The notes beneath the pieces are model-generated. The model did no database searches, had not been told where the DNA came from, and worked only from the letters and a program-made list of their open reading frames with translations. DNA of 61,744 nucleotides, filler included. It is 11 parts of 11 records of this genome, joined end to end, with 100 filler letters (N's around TTAATTAATTAA, not from the genome) between each part and the next. Parts side by side here need not be neighbours in the genome. Positions count along the whole stretch, not along the records: positions 1 to 4,886 come from SRR7504441_7453; positions 4,987 to 17,304 come from SRR7504441_7456; 9 more parts are not named here. One strand, given 5' to 3'. This document shows, piece after piece, positions 1 to 11,800 of this stretch. How positions within the stretch are numbered: position 1 is the first letter of the stretch; each line of letters begins with the position of its first letter. Made by a program: the position numbers and the translations under genes.

Positions 1-192
1 TGGGGACGGACGCTCATGAGAAATTCTTTTGTCGCGCGCCTACGTAATTTATTTTGTTAGACTTATACAGTTTTACAGTAGTAAATACAGTAGTACTGGT
101 AGGTCTGGGCAATGTGCTACCTCTCACGAAGATGCGCAAAGGGTCAGAGGCTTGGTTAGGGGCTTAGGGCAAGGAGCGCAGCTAGGCGGGCA

Positions 193-3100
193 ATGGCGGA
201 TTATGAGGACCTGAGCAAGGACGAGGCGGCTCTCAACAAGATCGAGAAGAAAGTACTCGAGGCGTACAGGGACCGCAACTCGTCGGGGATCAACCTGACC
301 CGACACCCGCTCCAGAATCTGGAACAATTCTTTCACGAGTGCGACCTGCAGGAGCTGGACCGCCGGTGCAAGATGGTCGCCGAGCGCAACCTGCACATGC
401 CCACCCTGGCCTGGGTGTCCGATTCGAATGTCCGGCTGCACATCTCTGCGCTGCACATCCTGGCCGAGCTGACAAACTTCGTCAACAAGCCGCAGCCAGA
501 CCGGCAGCTGGGCTGGGCCGGTCGCGTGTGCGACGCAGTGATCAAGCTCGGGGGCGTGGCGCCGGTGATGAACAAGCTGAACGCCACGGGCGAGCAGGTG
601 GCCACTCGGTACTCAGCCACCATCCTGACCAATCTTGCCAAGCACGACCCAGAACAAACCTCGCGCACGATCACCAAGGATCCGCAGCTGGTGGTACAAG
701 CGGTTCGCGTGATCCAGAATTTCAACCCGGGTGACGATGACGAGCTCCCAATCGCGTGCTCTGGGCTGCTCGTGGTCGTTTCATCCGAGGAGGACAACTG
801 CTCGGACCTCACCAACCAGCACCAGCTGCTCAGGGACCTGGTAGTCTGCATGAAGTGCCAGGTGGCCGCTCGAGCCGGCCATTCGGCGAGGAGGTGAGCA
901 GGTCTCTGGCGTCCAGCAGAACATTTATGAGACGTTGGCAAACCTGTCTCTCAACACCCATATGAAGGCTCGGATGAGCCAGAAGCAAGAGGATGGCTCC
1001 ATCTCGGTAGTGCAAACGATGGTGCGTGAACTTAACAAGGGAAATGTCCTCAAGGACGAAATGCTCGTGCCACTGGTGCTGAGCCCTGCCTAGACCACTG
1101 TTCTAGGCCAGGGCCAGGTGCGGCTGGTGGCAAACGTGTCTGTAGACGTGACCTCGCACGAGCACTTGGTGGCACCCAGGCACTTACAGGATGATTCGGA
1201 CGGCAAAGGCCAGAAGGAGGCCTGGAAGATATTTATAGAGAATGTGGTGCGGCTGTTGGGCACGACGCAGAACGCACCGCTTCAGCTCCAATTAGTCCGG
1301 TTGCTCAGGAACCTTGCTGCAACCGAACTGTGCAGGGAGCGGATCGTCAACCACGGCGCCACAGGCCCGCTGTTCCAGGCTGCCTGGCACTCTGTCCGGA
1401 CTGAGCAGGCGGTCAGGTGATCAGAGACACCGATGTGCATGACAAACAAGTGCACTACTGGGCGGCGGCGGCCATTGCCTCCATTGCACGCGAGCCCAGA
1501 CTGCATCCGAGACTGATGCGGGAGAAGGGCCTCAGGCCACTGGTTGCGTTCGCTGGGCTGCAGAACTCTGGTAGCGATGGTTGCGACCTTCGCACGAGGC
1601 TCTACGCGGCCAAGACTCTGGCAGAACTAGCCAAGAACGACGACAACAAGTCACAGATCATAGCAGAGGGTGGACTGGTCCCGCTGATTGTGTGGGCTCG
1701 CGGTTTTGGCAACATTGAGGTGCAGGAGGCCGCATGTGAGGCTCTCAAGCGACTCGGGGTGGACGCCTCTCTACTGGCCTCGAAGGAGGACGTCCAAGAG
1801 GTGACAGGGCTAGCTGGTCGGGCTGATTCCCTTCAGGCCAATCAAGACGAGAATCTAGTGACCAACTCGATCGGGATTCCTGAGATGGTCCAGTTGGCTG
1901 AATCGGACTTCATCGAGGTGCAAAGATGAATCTGGGCTGGTGCTGATGCAACCGACAGGTGCAGCTGTTCGCTGCAGGAGAACTGGCCAACACAGCGCTC
2001 AACCACGAGTCAATTGAGCAGGTACTTCGATACAGCGGGCTGCTGCCTCTGCTCAAGCTAGCTGAGTCTGCCAATGAGACAGTCCAGGCCCAGGCGACTC
2101 GAGCGCTTTTAAATCTCTCGTCAGATGATGACGGGCTGGATGTAGCCCACCTGACACGACTCAAGGAGCAGCGCGAGTGTCAGATTGATAAGAACACGAA
2201 GGGAGGAGGGCGGCGGATGAAGGACAAGCTGCTGCATGAGTATGAGCAGAAGATTTTACTGAAGGAGCGCAAGGTGGAGACCTACTCTAGTGCACTCGAT
2301 AAGCTACACAAGCTGGTGCACACTTCGTCAATGTATGTTCAGCGGAATGTGGCTGCGATGCTGGCTAATCTAGCAATCAAAGAGCAGATCCAGATGAAAA
2401 TGCTCATGCTCGAGCAGTCTGGCGAGGGTCGTTTTGCCCCTCTGCTTGGCGTGACGGTGATGCCTGCAGGTGGGATTTTTAATATGATGCAGATGTTGCA
2501 CTCGTCACCGAGTCTTGATATGAAGATCCACTCTGCACGCGCTCTGTTTAACCTGTCAGTCAACGAAGCGTGCAGGGAGAAGATTGTGGAGCTGCGAGGG
2601 GTCAAAATTTGTTTCGATCTTCTCTCGCATAAGAACGTGCAAATCAAAAGGCTAGTCATTGGCACTATTGCGCACATCGCCTCGTCAGCAGCAATGAGAA
2701 TCGAGCTCGCTGGTGCTTGCACAGATCTGGCCACGTTTTTCACTGTGGGATGCGTGCAGGTAAGACAATCGATGGGCTAGAGAGGTTGATAAGTCTTGCT
2801 CAGGAGACGCATGTCTCTATTGTCCAAGAACAGCTGGCCCGTGCTTTGGCTCTGCTCGCGATCAATGACGACAACAAGAAGAAGATTGTGGACCTCGGAG
2901 GATCCAAGATCATCATACGTTGGGCTGGCTCTAATAGAATAGGAGTCCAGATCCAGTCAGCCAAGGCGCTGTGCAACCTTCTTGAAGACAAACATCACTC
3001 CAACGACTACATTCGGCACCAGATCTTCAACGAGGGGGCTCTCCAGGTTTTGTTCATGCTCGCACAGATTGGCGACTCGCAGACAAAGCTTCAAGTGATC

Positions 3101-4771
3101 CGGATCATGCGCTCGCTGCGAACGTACAAAGGTGGCGACAAGTGGCTGCTAATTTTCGAGTTTTTCAAGGATGGCGGAATCACCCCACTCTGCCATTTGG
3201 TCACGAACCCACCACCAGGCAGTCTCCGGCTTCGGGTAAAGAGTGATGCAGCCACTGAGCTGATTGAGCTTCTTAAGCCTGCAGAGGGTGAGTCTGACTT
3301 GCAGGAGTTGTTAGGCAAGGTTCAGGCTACCGGTTCTGGGGCGCTGAATCAGCTGGGCAGGTGCTTCCGTGCCTGGTGCCGCTTATTGTGGTGTGGCCGC
3401 CACCTCAAGTGTCGGAGCAACAGGAGTCCACCCCAGAACTGCGCCGCAAGACATTGAGCTTGCTGCACAATCTGATTCAGGACAAGAAGCATCAGACTGA
3501 GGTGGCCAAGCTGTTGTCGGAGGGCTACATCGGACTCGAGCTGCTGGGGTTGATGCAGAAGGTGGCTGGCTGAGCTGCCAGGCTGGATAATGGCTGCAGG
3601 TGAACAACGCCAAACGGAACAAGAAGACCGGAAGCAAGCCCAACGCTGATATGCTGGAGACGGTGCGCGGTTCATATTGCTGCTGGGTGAGGGGTTTCAG
3701 GACTTTGACGCGTTGGATGAAGAAGTCTCGCGATTTGTACGGTCTCTTGTCGACCTCTGCAGGCTTCAGAAGGTGCGCAGCTGCAGACTGTGGTATATGC
3801 GGATGCTGGGGCTGTAGTGTGCTGGGTTTGAGCGGCAAGCTCCAGACGAGGACAAGGCTGATCAGGTCGATGTGGACCAGAACTTGGATAGGGCAGTCAG
3901 GGAGCGGCTCGAAGCGGTGATCTGGCCGTTGGCACGTCAGTGAACATCTGCTTCACAGGGTGCAACAGCAGCTGAAAACCAGGAGAAGATGGAGAATGCT
4001 TACGAGCAGATGCAGAACCAGTTGGGCTACATAGAAGCTGATCAGCTGCAGCGCTCTGGGGGCGCCAATGAGAAGAGAGTGTTCAAGGTGGTGGTGGTAG
4101 GCGATGCAGGTGTTGGAAAATCGAGCCTAATTCATCGGTGCCCAGCTGCACTGTGTTTGTTGAACCGACAAGAGCTGGTTAGGTACATAGAGCAGAAGCC
4201 CCCCCCAAAGGTAATGACGCCTACCATGGGATGCGAGTATAACTCAAAGAGAATCGAACGACCGGGCGTGACAGTCTTGCTACAGCTATTTGATATTCAG
4301 GGCCTGGAGAATTTCCGTAAAGCGGCGCCCCGTGCTTTCTTCAAGAAAGCGCATGGGTGCATTGTCGTGTTTGATTCAGATACAAAGCGCACCACCTCGT
4401 TCTATGGGGCACAAGAGTGGAAGAGGACTGTGGACTTTCATTTCGAGGAGGGCAACAGGAAGGGTGCGCCTGCTATCCTGATCGCTAACAAGTCTGACCT
4501 CCCCAATAACGAGAAGAACCCGTTTGTACGATCAGCAGCCAAGATGGACCGTTGTGTGCACGAGCATGGGTTCATCTCATGGCACGCATGTTCTGCACGC
4601 GATGGCAAAGGGCTCAAGACCGCCAATGGGGCAGCCACAGCGATCGATAGCTTAATTGACAGTTTGCTCATGTGGGAAAAGCAAGGCAAGTTTGTGTCCT
4701 CGGATCGTGACGAGGATGTGGCGGATCTCGACGCTAAGGCTGACACAAAAACGAGTGGATGTGGGTGTTAG
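193..4771 (+). CDS. Armadillo-repeat protein fused to a C-terminal Rab32/38/29-like GTPase (1359 aa, 13 exons)
   Basis: Removing 12 introns (862-901, 1076-1117, 1379-1416 GC-AG, 1918-1958, 2428-2469, 2713-2759, 3320-3360, 3562-3599, 3663-3700, 3773-3817, 3917-3958, 4138-4182; 499 nt total) leaves one open 4080-nt frame. ARM motifs include AAKTLAELA..NKSQIIAEGGLVPLI, ARALFNLS and AKALCNL. The G domain has GDAGVGKS, PTMG, DIQGLE, NKSD and SAR, and the protein ends in CGC. Confidence 0.85.
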
Positions 4772-4886
4772 ATCACCGGTCAATCATTTAAGTTTTAATC
4801 GATTAGGGCTTCGATCGATCTTAAGCTGTTAGTAACCTCACTCTAACATATACGAGTACGAAAACACTGTAAAAACACTGTAAATG

Positions 4887-4986
4887 NNNNNNNNNNNNNN
4901 NNNNNNNNNNNNNNNNNNNNNNNNNNNNNNTTAATTAATTAANNNNNNNNNNNNNNNNNNNNNNNNNNNNNNNNNNNNNNNNNNNN
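4887..4986. other. Artificial contig spacer (N44-TTAATTAATTAA-N44)
   Basis: The same 100-nt spacer with stops in all frames recurs at 17305-17404, 20548-20647, 23677-23776, 29626-29725, 37349-37448, 44753-44852, 50791-50890, 54423-54522 and 58257-58356. Confidence 0.99.
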
Positions 4987-5379
4987 TTGCGATTGTTTAA
5001 GTTTCTTTGCCGCTCGAATTATGTCATCTTGATTGCCCATGAGTGCAGCCTTCCACTCATCGGTCTGCTCTCTTTGTAATTGTTGTTGTAAGTAATCATA
5101 GAAGAAGCGCTCACCGTTGTCGGGCCTCGGATGGTGAGGTTGTGGCAGTTTTCATTGAAGAAGTCCTGTGCATTCCCATGCATTTCCTTGATGGTCTTCA
5201 TTGGCAAATTGTCGAGAGTCGATATGCTGGCTTGGACCCCTCTGTTCCCTCATCGTCGTCCTTTTCTCCCGTGGACGTATTGTGGACGGTGTCCCTGCGG
5301 TCAATGCGGTGTCCGTCAGTCCGGTCAGCTGCCGATCAACTGATCAACTGAATCTGAAGAGACAGCTGATCTGGTGGCA

Positions 5380-6543
5380 ATGGGGAGTTGGAGATGGGGT
5401 CTGGTGCTGCTCTGCTGGACGGTGGGGGCGCATTCCACCGGCGGTCCGGCCGGGCTGCACGCCAAGGTGGTGACCCTGCTCCGCGGGCCCAACGCCACCA
5501 ACGCCACCGGCCCCAAGCTCACGCCGAAGATGAGCCGAGACGAGCTGAAGGCCAGTAAATGGGTTATAAAGGGCGGCGACTTCTCCCAGTGCGTGAGCGA
5601 GGGCGGGCAAGCCGAGGTGCCCGGCCGGTCAGAGACCGGCTCAGGGCTGGGGCAGTGCGCGCGGTGTGACACCGACTGCGGGAAGGACGGCGCTTGTGGG
5701 GCTCTGCCGTGTAGTCAGGTGGGCGGTGCGGTGGCCGCGGCGGCGATTGGAGGCCGGCAGGTGGCGGAGGGGACTGTTGACGCGGACCCGATGGGCGCGT
5801 ACGGTAAGCGGCACTCGCCGCCCTGTCGTTCGAACGAGTGGTGGATGCAAAGCCCTGAAGACGGGAAGGGCTACTGCCGCAAGTACAACTACGAGACTTT
5901 TGTGACGAGCTCAACTAAATTCCCGGGTCTGGACCACGACTCGACCCAAGCGGTTGTTGTCACCAAGCACATGATGGGTAAAGTGGATGGGGCCGACTTG
6001 ACAACAGGCTATGTCGGATGGAAAAGGGTGGTTACCCATACAGGGCCCAACGGTCAACAGCTCGCGGACGAGTCAAAGGCTGCCATCTGCATCACCGGCT
6101 GCATGGTTGGAGTACAGACTCTCATAAAGTGCATGCTCAGTCCCCATAGTAAGATATGGTGGTGGAAGGAAATGCTGAACAACCCCAACATCACAGACAT
6201 AGCCATCAAATCCGGGGTCCTGTCTGCCGACAAGAAGAAATTGGCCCCGTTTTATGCTCAACAGGCGGCGAAAGCCTCTTGTCCCGAAAAGCATGCTTTC
6301 ATGGCAGATTGTTACCCGAAAGCGTTTGATTCCAAGGGCGAATTGAAGAAGGAGCATCAGTGCACCAATGCCTTCCGTAAAGGGTACGATAACGATGCTA
6401 TGCCCACAGCATTTCCCATCACAAAGATGTCCCCTGCAGAGGGTGTGGTCATGCCGATTCCTCCAATGTTGCTCAAAACAATGTCATGGAAAGCTGTGGG
6501 CTCCCCGGCTCAACAGTTCAAACTTGAAGTTGTAGCGTCCTAG
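5380..6543 (+). CDS. Secreted Cys-rich hypothetical protein
   Basis: Single long ORF with a signal-peptide-like N-terminus (MGSWRWGLVLLCWTVGA), NAT glycosylation sequons and many Cys/Trp residues. No family recognised. Confidence 0.7.
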   Translation: MGSWRWGLVLLCWTVGAHSTGGPAGLHAKVVTLLRGPNATNATGPKLTPKMSRDELKASKWVIKGGDFSQCVSEGGQAEVPGRSETGSGLGQCARCDTDCGKDGACGALPCSQVGGAVAAAAIGGRQVAEGTVDADPMGAYGKRHSPPCRSNEWWMQSPEDGKGYCRKYNYETFVTSSTKFPGLDHDSTQAVVVTKHMMGKVDGADLTTGYVGWKRVVTHTGPNGQQLADESKAAICITGCMVGVQTLIKCMLSPHSKIWWWKEMLNNPNITDIAIKSGVLSADKKKLAPFYAQQAAKASCPEKHAFMADCYPKAFDSKGELKKEHQCTNAFRKGYDNDAMPTAFPITKMSPAEGVVMPIPPMLLKTMSWKAVGSPAQQFKLEVVAS

Positions 6544-6926
6544 ACTCCTAGTTAGCTGAGCTGTGCCGTATATACACTACAGTGATAGCGGCTCCATCGC
6601 GATGTAACTACCATATCGAAGCACACACACGGCGTATTCCACATCATACCACTAGATGAGCTAGACCATAGCGGAACCCGTAACTGGACTGTCGGACTGT
6701 GGTGAGTGTGGTCGGCTGGAAGAGTGCATTGAATGGAGCCCGGGCTGCCCCGTGTGCTCGCCAGCCCGTGCTCCTCGCAACGCCGCACGCCAGTTGCAGC
6801 CGCTTGCCGGCCCGGGCGGTGAAGCGTAGGTGAACGAGTTGAAGTGCTGATTTCAAGCCAACCTCATGACAGTCTACTCCTCTACTCTTACTCTGGGTAC
6901 CGGTCCCGTTGTATAACGGAAGCCGC

Positions 6927-7594
6927 ATGTCTGAGGCCAACCTGCTGCTCATCGGGGAGGCCCCGCCGTTCGGCGCGCTCTGTGCCCCGGCCGCTCCCCG
7001 CCGGCCCGAGCCCGAACACAGGGGACGACGGTGCCGAGCGGATCCGGGCAGCCATCCCCCCCGAGCTGCTGGGCATGCTGCGCACCGAGCCTATCGACGT
7101 CGGCACCCCGTACCGCCACAGCGCCCGGCCAGCCCCAGCCGGCCGGCCGGTGGTGCACTCCCACCCGCCCAGCCACGGGCCCGTCCAGCTGCTCTCGCGC
7201 CCGGCGCCCGAGCCGCGGCACCGGGCTGATCTGCACTCGGTGGGACTGCACTAGGTGGTGGCGGTAACCGGTTTTTCGGACAGGGGCTGCGGGAGCGGCG
7301 GGAGCAGCAGGAGAGGGTGTATCAGGCGCGGGCCAGCGTATCGAGCCGGACCGGTGGGCTCCCGTAGACATCCTATCGACCGGCTGAGCGCGGCCGGGCA
7401 GCGGCGCTGGTGGCGCGGGCCGGACCGCCGGTGCTCCAGGAGGTTCGGTTCCGAAGGCTCTGCATGCCGTATCCGCGGTCGGCCGCCTCGTTCGACGCAC
7501 GAGATACGTATTTCCACCAGGTGAAAGCGCTGGCCTGCGGGGTTTGAGGCGGGCGCAGAGGAGAAGTCTGGTGCCTCACGCAGCACGCGAATGA
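6927..7594 (+). CDS. Hypothetical protein with several short introns (approximate model)
   Basis: ATG at 6927; coding-like segments (ERIRAAIPPELLGMLR; LRERREQQERVYQ; VLQEVRFRRLCMPYP) can be joined by about 40-50 nt GC/GT-AG introns. The 3' end is uncertain (7547 or 7594). Confidence 0.45.
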
Positions 7595-7821
7595 GGGCCC
7601 GGAGCTGGCTTGATGGCCTAGAGCTCTTGGATGTTTGTAGGCCGATACTACTAGAATTATTTATAGACCAAATGTCAAAAACGTGTGCGTATGCAAGTCA
7701 ACTTTTATTGACAATCGATCGATCGACACAAGTCCTCGTAGGTTTGCCTGAATTAGTTAATTGATTTAAATATTTATCAAACTTATCCGGCTTATGCCGC
7801 ATGATGTATAACTTAGTGGGT

Positions 7822-8726
7822 TCAGTCTGCAAGGTCGACGAGCTTCACCACTCGTGCGCATTGTGCAGCTCGGACTGATGCACAAACAGCGGCTCCAACG
7901 ACAACTGGTGCCTCACAAATCTGTGTGAAGACTGCAAATCTGCACACACCACCACTTAACCCCCCTCCACCGGCCCGCACCGGACAGTATGTGCTGCTGC
8001 CGCCTGTACAGCTCGCCCTCAGCCTCCCGAGCCGCTCTCCAGTGCATTGGAAACCCCCTCGGAGCCAGCGGCAGCTCCATAGACTTCGGCACTCGCACCA
8101 CGCACCCGGAGGGCAGCCGGAGCAGATCAGATTCGGCCGCTCGCTCCGACTCGGCCGGCTCCGGCTCCGGCTGGGCTGCCCAGCTTGCCCGCAGCTCCTC
8201 TTGCTCGGCCCTAAACCTGCCCCCCAGTAACAGCCGAACTGAGGGCGGCGCACTCAGTCCGCGACTCCCTGTCTGGGCCTGATGGGTGATCCCACTGGCG
8301 GTGCCCGTCCTCACGCCTGCCCCGGGCCGCTGCCCCCGGCCGCTGCAGCCCGGGAGCACCAGTAGTAGCCGTCGTGCGGCCCTTCAGGAGCAAAGTGCCA
8401 TCCGGAGGGTAAACTATGCGGAAACTCCCACTGGCTCCGGCCGTCCGGGTGCCTGCCCCCGCGGTATCCCCAACGCCCGCCCCCAGCCCGCACCAGAAGT
8501 ATCCGCCGCCGTCCTTGCACCAGTGCCAGCCGTCGGGGAGGAAGGCGTGCAGCGAACTGGCGCGGGCGGCCAGCAGCGGGGGCTCGTCGGGCTCGGTTGG
8601 AGTGCTCGGCTGGTGGCGAGGGCTGGCCTCCTGCTGCTGCTGCCGCTGTATGGCCCACTCCACGGCCGCCTCTTCCTCCAGCTCCTCGTCGCTGTCGGCG
8701 TACGGTGACTTTGGCAGTGCTGCCAT
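7822..8726 (-). CDS. Tandem WW-domain protein
   Basis: After removing introns 8453-8493 and 8317-8359 the product reads LPDGWHWCKDGGGYFWHPDGRSQWEFP then LPSGWHFAPEGPHDGYYWREDGHRQWDHP, two WW-like domains. ATG at 8726 (MAALPKSPY). Confidence 0.75.
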
Positions 8727-8808
8727 GGCTGAACAAAAAACAACCGTTGCCAGCAGCGGCACCAACCGACTTCCCGCCAGGCACGCGAGGCCGCCCCTTG
8801 CAGCGGCG

Positions 8809-11800
8809 ATGCCGCAAAGCGAGTGCTTCGGTGCGGGTCGGCGGGAGCGCCACTGACCGGCCGTGTGCCAGATGCCATCCGGAACGAAGCTCACCACGAC
8901 TTTTGGGTGGTGCGTACCGGCCTAACCAGCGGGGGCTGACTGGCCGGCCAGTGGTCGGCGGGCTACCTTGGGGTGTACCTCGGGCTGGCGGTGGTGTCCA
9001 CCGTCGTGCTCTGGTACTCCGGATCCACCCGGCCCACCCGGCTGTTCACCTGGATCTCCACCTGGCGTTGTATGAGATGCTGCTTCCAAACTATTATGTG
9101 CCGCGCCCCCCGCGGCGACCGTCTGACCGGCCGGGCCAGCATAGAGGCATTCACGATGATACTCTGGGTGGCCACGCTCTCCCCGGTGGCCACGATCGTA
9201 TTCTGGACGGTCAAGACCTTTTCTTTCGAGTTTACGGCCAGCGGAGTAGAGTATACCAACTGCAAGACGCTCACTTGCCTGGTCCTCTTCCTCGGCCTGG
9301 CCATGGAGGTACCGCCGGCCGGCTGGCCGCTCCAACCGCCGGCCAGACTACCCGTATTTCTGTGCTGATGTGGTATTTCAGAGGGTGGAGCCTACCCAGC
9401 ACGACGTCGAGCATCATGGTCGGGAGTCGGGCGAGTGCCGGCGCTCACGAGGCTTTAGGTGATGGCTGCGATCTGCTTCCTGGCGTACACCTTCCTGCTC
9501 ACCCTGACCGTCGCCACCAACGACGATTTGCTGGCCGCTATCACCTTCCTCACGCTGTCCGCCGCGCCTCTGCTCCGATTAGTGCACAGTTACTATGATG
9601 ATTTGGCCATAGACCTGAACGACTACCTCTACGGCGCCCAGACTCAGGTGGCGCGTGCCCGGCCCGCCGGTCGAGCCCCGGCAGGTGCTGGCCAAGGCCG
9701 CCAAGCCGACCAAGTTTGGAAGCGGGATTGAGGCTCGATGGGGGTTTGGAACCTACATGTTGCACTGGATGATTTCAGTAGCCGGTCACGCGGCCTACGC
9801 CTGTGCAGGCGCCCGCGCTGGCTGGCACACGGGCTGAGTGCTGCTGTGCAGCGAGTTACCTGACCACTCGCAGTAGCTCACCGGGTTATGTTGTGCCTTT
9901 CGTGTTCATCACAGACCTCGGGGTGCTGTTCATGCTGCAGGTTAACTCTGATTTAATTAAGCCATCGCTGACCGGGCGCAGTACCACCGGCTGCGTCATA
10001 TCGCCGAGTTGGTGCTCTCGCTCAGCTTGATCGTGCTTGTGAGAGTTATGGTGATTTACCTCGGTTGGTGTGACCGAGCCTCCAGCAAGCCAGGCGCCCC
10101 GATTCTTGCAATTCTATCAAGCCTGACCGTAAGCCAGGCGCGTGGGAGCTGGTGGAGCCGGCCATATACTTGGTGGTGTGCGCGGTGGGCTCCAAGCTCC
10201 TCTCGGATATGTTCTGGGTAATCCCTGACAAGAATCCAGAGAAGGTAGTCATCTCTGATCGGTGACCACCCCGAGCTTAAATAGCCATCCAGGCCTCTAA
10301 TGCTGGAGGTAGGTATAACGAGTGGCTCCGGAAGCAGCGCGCGATGGTGTATGAGCAACGGGACATTGTGTCCGACCAGATGGGATGCTGCTGCAAGATC
10401 TTTTACAAACTTGTGCTGTGCATGTACCGCATGATTGGTTGTCTGATGTGTCTGAGCACTTCGGCGGGGCAAGACCAGCCCAGCCCGTCCGAGCGGCTCG
10501 AGCAGGAGATCTCGCAGCTGCACCTGCGGGTTGTCGACTGCCAGGACGTTATCCTGGACTGTGAGCAAGAGCTCATATCTTCATTGTGTGTGCTGGCGCT
10601 CGATGGCAAGCCGCAAAAGCGGTACCAGCCCGTCCAGGAGGGCCAGGACGATCCGCGGACGGTTTGGAAGATTTCTCAGTATCCTCTGAGCAAAGACCTT
10701 GGCAGAAAGCTTGAGGAGCAGCGTGAACCTCTCGTCTCCAGAGGGGGGAGATGGGTGCAGAAATGCCCCAAAGGCTCCGAGCTGTCTCCAGAGGATCTGG
10801 CCCTGGCGCAGGAAGTGCTGGACGAGATGACTGCCGAACGGAACAGAGCACTGCGCATTATCTGGTGCAAGTCGCTGCTCCGGTCGCTGTATCTGTACCG
10901 ACAGCTGACAATTCTGGTGGTGCTGCATGCAGTGTTTGCTGTAGTCATGTGGTACAAAAGAGATCCAATCGAGCGTCAAGTGTTCCCGTTTGGGAGAACC
11001 ACCACAAACAATTTCTACTTTGAGGCAATGGTGTACGCTGGCGGCATATCCATTTGGACATTTGTGTACGGCGCATTGACTGCCTTCAGAGCTATGACGG
11101 AAGATATGGACGACGAAAGAGCGAATGTGCGTGCAGCCCTCCAAGCAGAGGACTCTAAATGGCCGATCAAGGCCAGAACCACGTTTGCGAATTGGCGGCC
11201 TTCTCCACTCACGTTTCATCATGATCTGGCACTCAAGGCAAGTGATCAGATGACTGACGTTGAGGAGGCTGTGAGCGCTGCATTGAAATCGGGCAACGGG
11301 ATGCTTGATTCTGAGATGACAAAGGTTGTGGGCGAAGTGACCGCTAGAGCCCACCTGCGTCAGTGGGCGCCCCTGCTGCAAGAGCTCAAGGTGCAGAAGA
11401 ACAAGCGTGCGGGGTTGGGCCCTTCAAAGTTTGCAGAATACTGTACTCCGATTCAGACATGCGCCTCTGATGACATCCAAGCTCAGTATGAGAGGTTGTT
11501 GCTGAGTCATGAAGTCAAGCAGAGCGAAGATCAGTCCAACCAAAACAAGGAGCGCATTGTGTCAATCCGATTAATTGCTCATCTGTGTGGCAATGCCATC
11601 GAACAAATTGCTGCCAGCTCTGTTACTGAGGCTCGGGGCTATGACAGAGACCGCGTCGCGCTGGTTGCCGTTGCAGTAAAATCTGCATCAATAGCGCATG
11701 CCTACTTTGAGGTAATGGGTGTGGGGCTCAGGCCTGTGGAAGATCACTGTGAAGCGGCAGCCCTGGCTGCTGCAGAGCGTGTGAATCTCCAGCTTACTAC

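Noticed and set aside
3989-4771. Reading the ARM plus GTPase gene as a Roco/LRRK protein
   Set aside because: There is no COR, LRR or kinase domain, and the protein ends in a Rab-type CxC motif directly after the G domain.
4987-5260. Minus-strand coding-like frame with an internal TGA, a possible selenoprotein
   Set aside because: There is no redox motif around the TGA, no visible SECIS, and the contig is truncated. An intron or chance explains it equally well.
6544-6926. GC-rich intergenic stretch with GCCCGGGC at both ends, a possible ncRNA
   Set aside because: I found no tRNA, SRP, U3 or snRNA signatures. An Infernal/Rfam search would be needed to say more.
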